DNA of 64,000 bases from an uncultured Candidatus Saccharibacteria bacterium. GTDB taxonomy: Bacteria; Patescibacteriota; Minisyncoccia; UBA6257; CAYRSR01. Every line of letters begins with the position of its first letter. The stretch's first letter is position 1. The notes below the pieces were generated by a model. It was not told where the DNA came from. It saw only the letters and a list, made by a program, of their open reading frames with translations, and did not search any database. A program made the translations under genes and the position numbers. Shown piece by piece: positions 57,881 through 64,000 of this stretch. The DNA lies in NCBI GenBank assembly GCA_964427275.1, contig CAYRSR010000002.1, forward strand, positions 1,956-65,955, in the 5' to 3' direction.

Positions 57881-58112
57881 AAATTTTCTTGATTATTCTC
57901 CACCTCTTCTCTCTACTTAATGGCCTAGTTTCCTCAATTATCACTCTGTCTCCTACTTTGTACTGATTTTTCTCATCATGAGCCTTAAATCTCTTAGAAT
58001 ACTTATAGTACTTACGGTAAAGTGGATGTTTCTTTAATCTCTCCACCAAAACAACTCTGGTCTTATCCATTTTATCTGAAACTACTATTCCTTTTAATCT
58101 TTTTCTAGCCAT
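57879..58112 (-). CDS. rpsQ: 30S ribosomal protein S17
   Basis: [28 protein letters not shown]. Confidence 0.97.
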   Translation of the reverse strand: MARKRLKGIVVSDKMDKTRVVLVERLKKHPLYRKYYKYSKRFKAHDEKNQYKVGDRVIIEETRPLSREKRWRIIKKI

Positions 58113-58127
58113 AATTTTTGATATATT

Positions 58128-58337
58128 CTACTTAGTTAACCTGGATTTTTCAATTCTTATAGTTAAGATTTTAGCAATATTCCTTTTTACCTTTCTAATT
58201 TCCCTAACATTCTTTAGTTTTCCAGCTGCCAAATCAAAGTTCAATTGCTGTAGTTTTTTTTTGGATTCTTGCAATTCCCGGTCTAATTCCTGAAGACTCA
58301 TAGTATGTAATTTTTTAAGATATTCTTTAGCCTTCAT
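58128..58337 (-). CDS. rpmC: 50S ribosomal protein L29
   Basis: L.QLNF, IRKVKRNIAKILT; operon position. Confidence 0.92.
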   Translation of the reverse strand: MKAKEYLKKLHTMSLQELDRELQESKKKLQQLNFDLAAGKLKNVREIRKVKRNIAKILTIRIEKSRLTK

Positions 58338-58346
58338 ACTTGTTTG

Positions 58347-58763
58347 TCAGGTTGCGCTGATAACTTTTGTTTTAAGAGGTAGTTTATAACCAGCCAGAGT
58401 TAAAGCCTTTCGAGCCAGAGAATGATCAGGTGAATCAATCTCTATAATAATTCTACCCGGTTTTACCGGACATACATAGTGATCTACACTTCCTTTTCCT
58501 CCCCCCATTCCAACTTCTGGTGGAAACTTAGTAACTGGCTTATCTGGGAAAACTCTTATCCAGATTCTTCCGCTAGATTTAAGATAATGAACAATTACCC
58601 TTCTAGCTGATTCTAATTGTCGGTAAGTTAGCCAAGCTGAAGTTAAAGCCTGTAGCCCAAAGTTTCCAAAAACTAACTTCACTCCTCTTGTTTCTTTGTT
58701 TCGATTCAAGGAGCGCCCTTTTTGCCATTTCCTATGTTTTACTTTTCTTGGAGCCTCACGCAT
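58347..58763 (-). CDS. rplP: 50S ribosomal protein L16
   Basis: PRKVKHRK, QLESARR, WIRVFPDKP, MGGGKG, YKLP. Confidence 0.97.
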   Translation of the reverse strand: MREAPRKVKHRKWQKGRSLNRNKETRGVKLVFGNFGLQALTSAWLTYRQLESARRVIVHYLKSSGRIWIRVFPDKPVTKFPPEVGMGGGKGSVDHYVCPVKPGRIIIEIDSPDHSLARKALTLAGYKLPLKTKVISAT

Positions 58764-58906
58764 AATAAATTAAAAATTTAAATATCAAAAATTAAAATTA
58801 CAAATCAAAATGTTAAAATTAGCAAATTTCAAAATCATTTTTAACATTTGTTCATTTTGAATTTTAAACTGTCATTTTGTATTTTGATTTTTAAATTTTA
58901 CATTTT
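58764..58906. repeat. AT-rich heptamer-periodic palindromic element, copy 4 (inverted copy of copy 3)
   Basis: Fills the whole rpsC-rplP gap. The reverse complement of its right ~75 nt matches 57750-57823 with about 3 substitutions and 1 indel. Confidence 0.9.
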
Positions 58907-59567
58907 ACGTAAAGGTTTCACCTTTGTAAATCCAGACTTTTATTCCTAACTTTCCATAGACAGTTAAAGCCTCTGATTCTCCATAATCAATATTACTTCT
59001 AATTGTCTGCTGAGGAAGTTTTCCCTTGCTTAGATGCTCACATCTTGCATGTTCCGAGCCATCTAGTCTTCCACAAATTCTGATTTTGGCTCCAAGTACT
59101 CCGGGATGTTGCATTATATTGGCTAAATGAGTTTTCATTACTCTGCGAAACTTCTTTCTCTGCTCCAGTTCTGTAGCAATATATTGTGAAACTACACTTG
59201 CTGAAACATCAGTCCTTTTTAGTTCCTTGATATCAAGCTTAATCTGAGGCAATTCTTCAATATTCCTGGCTAGCCTATTTTTCCTAATCATTTTGACAAC
59301 GGCCTTATTCAGTTCTTCCAGTTTCTTTCCACCTCGCCCGATAATTAATCCCGGCCTGGCTGCTGTTATAATAACGTTAAGCTTTTCTCCTAGTCGTTCA
59401 ATTTCAATTTTATCTATTCCAGTACGTCCAACCCGTCTTTTTATTTCTTCTCTGATTAAATAATCCTCTTCTAATTGATAATTAAGCCTTCGCTGAAATA
59501 ACCAGCGACTCTTCCAATCCTTATTTATTCCTAATCGAAAAGAATATGGGCTAATTTTCCTACTCAT
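58905..59567 (-). CDS. rpsC: 30S ribosomal protein S3
   Basis: FRLGI, ARPGLIIGRGG, GRLDG, YGKLGIKVWIYKG. Confidence 0.97.
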   Translation of the reverse strand: MSRKISPYSFRLGINKDWKSRWLFQRRLNYQLEEDYLIREEIKRRVGRTGIDKIEIERLGEKLNVIITAARPGLIIGRGGKKLEELNKAVVKMIRKNRLARNIEELPQIKLDIKELKRTDVSASVVSQYIATELEQRKKFRRVMKTHLANIMQHPGVLGAKIRICGRLDGSEHARCEHLSKGKLPQQTIRSNIDYGESEALTVYGKLGIKVWIYKGETFT

Positions 59568-60085
59568 GTGGCTTTTCTTCTAAATATTTTAGTTATACCA
59601 CCTTTCCTTTCTTTTTTTGGCTCAACTTTTTCTTCAGCTTTGGTTAATTTAGTCTTTTCTTCTTCTACTTTCTCTTTTTCCTCCTTTTTTGCTACCTTCT
59701 TTTCTTTCTTCTTTTCCTTTTCTGGAAAACTAAATTGTTGAGGAAAAGGCTTTTCTGCTTCAGCTAAGCATAGGCTTACATGTGTTGATTTTTTCTTAAT
59801 CAGATGCACTCTACCTCGAGCCTCAAACCTGTATCTTTTTAAGCTCGGACCCTGGTCTACTCTGATTTCACTGATAAAAAGCTTTTCTTTAGCCAGATTT
59901 TTATTCTGGGCATTAGCTATAGCAGAATTTAAAAGCTTAAATAAAGGCTTTGCAGCTCTATTAGGTAAAAGATAAAGCTGGGCTAGGGCTCGATTTACAG
60001 GCATCCCTCTGATTAAGTCAGCAACAAGTCTCACTTTTTTGGGACTAATTCTTAAATATCTTAGTTTTGCCTTGGCAGTTCTCAT
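59564..60085 (-). CDS. rplV: 50S ribosomal protein L22 with Lys/Glu-rich C-terminal extension
   Basis: [29 protein letters not shown], followed by a ~60-aa tail. Confidence 0.96.
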   Translation of the reverse strand: MRTAKAKLRYLRISPKKVRLVADLIRGMPVNRALAQLYLLPNRAAKPLFKLLNSAIANAQNKNLAKEKLFISEIRVDQGPSLKRYRFEARGRVHLIKKKSTHVSLCLAEAEKPFPQQFSFPEKEKKKEKKVAKKEEKEKVEEEKTKLTKAEEKVEPKKERKGGITKIFRRKAT

Positions 60086-60387
60086 GATTGTGCTAGAGCT
60101 CTTTTTCTTTCTAGTTCCCTTTGCATTTTCCCTCCATGTTTGACGAATTTTTTGGTTGGAGCAAATTCTCCCAGTTTGTGACCAACCATTTCCTCAGTTA
60201 CCTTTACCTTGATAAAATCCTTCCCATTATGTACTGCAAAGGTAAACCCAATCATTTCTGGAGAAATCTCTGAATTTCTAGCCCAGGTTTTAATCACTAC
60301 TTCATGCTTCCGTTCAGGTTCTATTTTGGAAATCTTCTTCAATAACTTTTCATCTACATATGGACCTTTTTTTGAACTACGACTCAT
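60082..60387 (-). CDS. rpsS: 30S ribosomal protein S19
   Basis: [31 protein letters not shown]. Confidence 0.97.
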   Translation of the reverse strand: MSRSSKKGPYVDEKLLKKISKIEPERKHEVVIKTWARNSEISPEMIGFTFAVHNGKDFIKVKVTEEMVGHKLGEFAPTKKFVKHGGKMQRELERKRALAQS

Positions 60388-60393
60388 ATTTTT

Positions 60394-61137
60394 TTATTTT
60401 CTTCGTTGAATAATAAGCTTGTCCGACGGTTTATGTTTTTTTCTAGTCTTCCTACCTCCAGTAATCTTCCCCCATTTTGTCTTCGGATATTTAGTTCCTC
60501 GTTGAGTTTTTCCTTCTCCTCCGCCATAAGGGTGATCTCTAGGATTCATAGCAGTTCCTCTAACCACCGGCCTTCTTCCCATGTGTCTTTTAGTCCCGGC
60601 TTTTCTAATTACTCTTAAGTTATGCTCAGGATTAGAAGCTACTCCTATCGTAGCAAAACAATCCCAGGGAACCTTTCTAATTTCTCCAGAAGGAAGTTTT
60701 AAGTGAGTATATCCATCTTGATTAGCTAAAACCTGAGCAGAACTACCTGCTGACCTACAAAGCTGTCCACCTTTCCCTGGAAAAAGTTCAATATTAAAAA
60801 CCAGACTTCCTACTGGTATTCTGGATAACTTTGTTCGATTACCTACTTCAATTGGAGCTTCAGGTGAACAAATAATTTCCTGACCAGGTTTAGAATCTTT
60901 AGGAGCCAGAATATAGCTTCTGTGACCATCCTGATAAACTATTCTAGCAATATTGGCAGTTCGATACGGGTCATACTCTATCTTTTCTATCTTTGCTGGA
61001 ATACCAATTTTTTGTTTAAAATCAACCATCCTATAAAGTCGTTTTGCTCCTCCTCCACGATGTCGAATAGTTACTTTCCCAGAAGAATTTCTTCCACTAT
61101 TCTTTTTTATTTTTATAGTTAATGGCTTATAGACCAT
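60394..61137 (-). CDS. rplB: 50S ribosomal protein L2 (N-terminally short)
   Basis: GRNSSGKVTIRHRGGG, IEYDPYR, RGTAMNPRDHPYGGGEG. Start placed at ATG 61137 just after the rplW stop. Confidence 0.96.
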   Translation of the reverse strand: MVYKPLTIKIKKNSGRNSSGKVTIRHRGGGAKRLYRMVDFKQKIGIPAKIEKIEYDPYRTANIARIVYQDGHRSYILAPKDSKPGQEIICSPEAPIEVGNRTKLSRIPVGSLVFNIELFPGKGGQLCRSAGSSAQVLANQDGYTHLKLPSGEIRKVPWDCFATIGVASNPEHNLRVIRKAGTKRHMGRRPVVRGTAMNPRDHPYGGGEGKTQRGTKYPKTKWGKITGGRKTRKKHKPSDKLIIQRRK

Positions 61138-61138
61138 T

Positions 61139-61483
61139 TTAGTGAGTAATTTCAATGGTATACCCTTTTTCCAAACTAACTATAGCTTTTTTAAAATCGG
61201 GCCTTTTTCCTTCAGTAAATCTAAATCTTTTAACTTTGCCCTTCTGATTAATTATTCGAACTTTACTTATCTTTACATTATAAATTCTTTCAATCTCTTT
61301 TTTAATTTGAGGCTTATTAGCAATTTTTTTCACAATGAAAAGATATTGATTGTACTTTTGTAAATCAATAGCCTTTTCGGTAATCTTAGGATACTTTACC
61401 AAGAAAGTAAGTCGTTCTCCCTTAGTTGGAGGTAACTTAACTTCCTCTTTTTTCTTTTCTCCTTTTGATTTTCTTTTGAACAT
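61139..61483 (-). CDS. rplW: 50S ribosomal protein L23
   Basis: P.ITEKA, Y.F.V...ANK.QIK, KKAIV.L. Confidence 0.95.
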   Translation of the reverse strand: MFKRKSKGEKKKEEVKLPPTKGERLTFLVKYPKITEKAIDLQKYNQYLFIVKKIANKPQIKKEIERIYNVKISKVRIINQKGKVKRFRFTEGKRPDFKKAIVSLEKGYTIEITH

Positions 61484-61501
61484 AGTTAAAGCTAATCCAT
61501 A

Positions 61502-62137
61502 TTAAACCAATTTGTAATGATTTTCAATAACTTCTACCGATTTATAGGCTAATAAAACAAGCTGATATTTTAATAGGTCGTAAACACTTAAACTAGTTGG
61601 TTCAATTATTTTTACTTTTGGTACATTTCTTCCAGCTAAAAAAATCTCTTTGTTTCCTGACTCTGGTATTATTAAAACCGAATCTTTCCCGGGAACCAAA
61701 AAATTCCTAATTAACTTGATGAAAACCTTTGTCTTTGGTTGTTCCACAACCAGATCTGAAACTATCTTTAATTGATTTTCCTTTAATTTTTTGGAAAGTA
61801 GAGAAAATAAAGCTTTCTGGACCATTTTTTTATTTATTTTCCGAGTATAATTCTCGTATTTGGTTGGACCAAAAGCTACTCCTCCACCTTTCCATATTGG
61901 AGATCGGATTGAACCATGTCTAGCTCTTCCAGTGCCCTTCTGTCTCCACGGTTTTTTTCCACCACCACTAACTTCAGCTCTTGTCTTAGTGTGAGCTAGA
62001 TGTTTTCTTCGGTTAGCTAGTTTAACTGTTAGTACCTGATGAATTAAACTAGGATTAAACTCAACTCCAAAAATCCTATTTGGTACATCAATTTGTTTAA
62101 TTTTTTGATTTTTTTGATTGTATAAATCTGCTTTCAT
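61502..62137 (-). CDS. rplD: 50S ribosomal protein L4
   Basis: TKTRAEVSGGGKKPWRQKGTGRARHGSIRSP.WKGGG. Confidence 0.98.
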   Translation of the reverse strand: MKADLYNQKNQKIKQIDVPNRIFGVEFNPSLIHQVLTVKLANRRKHLAHTKTRAEVSGGGKKPWRQKGTGRARHGSIRSPIWKGGGVAFGPTKYENYTRKINKKMVQKALFSLLSKKLKENQLKIVSDLVVEQPKTKVFIKLIRNFLVPGKDSVLIIPESGNKEIFLAGRNVPKVKIIEPTSLSVYDLLKYQLVLLAYKSVEVIENHYKLV

Positions 62138-62156
62138 GATTTAAGTTTAGCTAAGG

Positions 62157-62588
62157 TTACTTCACTTCCAACCTTTTGATCTCACACTTGCTATTTTTGT
62201 ATCCTGGTACCGCTCCCTTTACAAATATTAACCGGTTAGATTTATCAACTTTTACCACTTTCAGGTTCTTTACTGTAACCATTCTTCCACCCATTCTTCC
62301 TGCCATCTTTTTTCCTTTAAGTACCCTTTGAGGTGTAGTTGCTCCAATAGAACCCGGAGCTCTAAATTTTTCTTTTTGACCATGAGTCTTTGGTCCTCCA
62401 GAAAAGCCATGACGTTTTACTACCCCTTGAAATCCCAATCCCCTACTTCTTCCTCTAACCGAAACTAATTCTCCTTCAGTTATGGTTATCGGTTCCTTCT
62501 CTTCTATTTTTAAAGGAGTAACCGGAATTACTTCCTCTCCTTTAAAGATTTGAGTCATTTTCATTTTTTTTGCTATAAATTTACTCAT
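62157..62588 (-). CDS. rplC: 50S ribosomal protein L3 (internally shortened, 143 aa)
   Basis: [46 protein letters not shown]. Confidence 0.95.
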   Translation of the reverse strand: MSKFIAKKMKMTQIFKGEEVIPVTPLKIEEKEPITITEGELVSVRGRSRGLGFQGVVKRHGFSGGPKTHGQKEKFRAPGSIGATTPQRVLKGKKMAGRMGGRMVTVKNLKVVKVDKSNRLIFVKGAVPGYKNSKCEIKRLEVK

Positions 62589-62599
62589 ATTGAGATACT

Positions 62600-62641
62600 A
62601 AAAACTGCCAATCCGCTAAGTTTAGCAGACTAGCAGTTTTT
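62600..62641 (-). terminator. Long hairpin with U tract between rpsJ and rplC
   Basis: Minus strand AAAAACTGCTAGTCTGCTAA-AC-TTAGCGGATTGGCAGTTTTT, fully paired as RNA using three G-U pairs. Confidence 0.65.
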
Positions 62642-62662
62642 TATCAATCAATCAACACTTTT

Positions 62663-62995
62663 TTACATCATCTTAATTTGAACTTCCACTCCGGCTGGTA
62701 AATTAAGTTCAGTTAAAGCATTAATCAGCTTCTGACTAGGATCAACTATTTCTATTAATCTTTTATGAATTGTCATTTCAAACTGCTCTCTAGAATCTTT
62801 ATGGACAAAAGGCGAGCGATTTACAGTATAGCGACGAATCTCAGTAGGAAGTGGTATCGGACCAATTAGTTTATGCCCGGTTTTTTCTATTACTCCCACA
62901 ATTTGTTTACAGGAACTATCAACTAGCCGGCGATCGTAAGCCTTTAATTTTAATCTCAATCTCTGAGTTTCTTTTTCCAACTTCTTCTTGGTCAC
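62663..62995 (-). CDS. rpsJ: 30S ribosomal protein S10
   Basis: LKLKAYD, GPIPLPT, RSPFVHKDSREQFE..HKRL, LPAGV. Confidence 0.97.
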   Translation of the reverse strand: MTKKKLEKETQRLRLKLKAYDRRLVDSSCKQIVGVIEKTGHKLIGPIPLPTEIRRYTVNRSPFVHKDSREQFEMTIHKRLIEIVDPSQKLINALTELNLPAGVEVQIKMM

Positions 62996-63007
62996 TGTGT
63001 CTTTTGG

Positions 63008-64000
63008 TTACTTAATTATTTTAGTAACCACACCTGCTCCAATGGTTTTCCCACCTTCTCTAATAGCAATCCTTTGTTGCTCCTCTAATGCTACCGGAGC
63101 AATGAGTTTCACTTTTAGATTAGCAGTATCCCCTGGCATTACCATTTCCATTCCTTCCGGTAAAATTACCTCGCCAGTAACATCTGCAGTTTGAATATAA
63201 AATTGTGGCTTATAACCACTGAAAAATGGTGTATGTCTTCCGCCTTCCTCTTTAGATAAGACATAAACCTCAGTTTCAAATTCAGTATGCGGGGTAATAC
63301 TTCCAACAGCAGCCAATACCTGTCCTCTCTGAACCTCCTCTTTTTTAATACCTCTAAGTAAAACTCCAATGTTGTCACCAGCTCTTCCTTCTTTTAAAAT
63401 CTTTCTAAACATCTCTATGCCAGTTACTACTACTTTTCTGGTAGGTTTAAATCCTACTAATTCTACTTCCTGATTAAGTCTTACAACCCCCCTAGCTACT
63501 CTTCCAGTAACAACGGTTCCTCTGCCAGCAATAGAAAAAATGTCTTCAATTGGCATTAAAAATGGCTTATCTTCCTCTCTTACCGGTAAAGGTATATACT
63601 CATCTAAGGCTTTAATTAGCTCCAGAATTGATTTTACTGATTCATCTTCCAGTGAGTCTGCCTGCAAAGCTTTTAGAGCTGAACCACGAATTACCGGTAT
63701 TTCATCACCAGGAAAATCATATTTTTTCAGCAGTTCTCTAGTTTCTGATTCAACTAAATCTATTAACTCTTTATCTTCTACCTGGTCAGTTTTATTTAGA
63801 TAAACTATTATTGCTGGTACTCCAACCTGACGAGCTAACAGTAAATGCTCTCTTGTTTGAGGCATTGGACCATCCACAGCAGAAATCACCAAAATTGCTC
63901 CATCCATCTGAGCTGCTCCTGTAATCATATTCTTAATATAGTCGGCATGTCCGGGGCAGTCGATATGAGCATAATGGCGATTTTCGGTTTCATACTCAGA
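63008..64000 (-). CDS. tuf: Elongation factor Tu, 5' end beyond window
   Basis: [61 protein letters not shown]. The frame is open to the window edge. Confidence 0.98.
   Translation of the reverse strand, partial: SEYETENRHYAHIDCPGHADYIKNMITGAAQMDGAILVISAVDGPMPQTREHLLLARQVGVPAIIVYLNKTDQVEDKELIDLVESETRELLKKYDFPGDEIPVIRGSALKALQADSLEDESVKSILELIKALDEYIPLPVREEDKPFLMPIEDIFSIAGRGTVVTGRVARGVVRLNQEVELVGFKPTRKVVVTGIEMFRKILKEGRAGDNIGVLLRGIKKEEVQRGQVLAAVGSITPHTEFETEVYVLSKEEGGRHTPFFSGYKPQFYIQTADVTGEVILPEGMEMVMPGDTANLKVKLIAPVALEEQQRIAIREGGKTIGAGVVTKIIK

Noticed and set aside
1278-63803. Short antisense or overlapping ORFs in the track (e.g. 2734..3201, 16634..17002, 19438..19797, 54507..54902, 63540..63803)
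   Set aside because: They lie opposite or within well-identified genes and show no recognisable motifs, so they are shadow ORFs.
1-64000. TGA recoding (code 25, as in Gracilibacteria/Absconditabacteria)
   Set aside because: Conserved genes such as recR, thrS and rplP end at TGA at their expected C-termini, and long ORFs are intact under code 11.

Overview
AT-rich bacterial chromosome segment with dense housekeeping genes. TGA is used as a stop, so the standard code 11 applies. Gene content and order point, by inference, to a Patescibacteria/Parcubacteria (CPR) genome: rpmD is absent from the spc operon, several ribosomal proteins are trimmed or extended, there are two mreB paralogues, a complete pilM-N-O-pilB-pilT-pilC-pilin-pilD cluster with comF, and Shine-Dalgarno motifs are largely absent. 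The window holds 7 tRNA genes, four aminoacyl-tRNA synthetases (leuS, cysS, proS, thrS), dnaB/recR/dnaE/holB, a short dcw cluster, rplJ-rplL with an L10 leader, ppdK, an archaeal-type PEP carboxylase, ftsEX and the tuf-S10-spc ribosomal protein cluster. The most unusual signal is non-coding: a family of 130-220 bp heptamer-periodic, self-complementary elements that fill intergenic gaps from a stop codon to the next start. Two of them are near-identical inverted copies bracketing rplP-rpmC-rpsQ, and one carries a nested perfect 12-bp palindrome. Also notable are four perfect DnaA boxes upstream of mraZ, a 20-bp G-U-containing hairpin inside the S10 operon, and a self-contained NDT-like gene cassette at a tRNA-Ser 3' end. 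No CRISPR array, rRNA gene or transposase was seen. All calls were made by eye; no database search was run.
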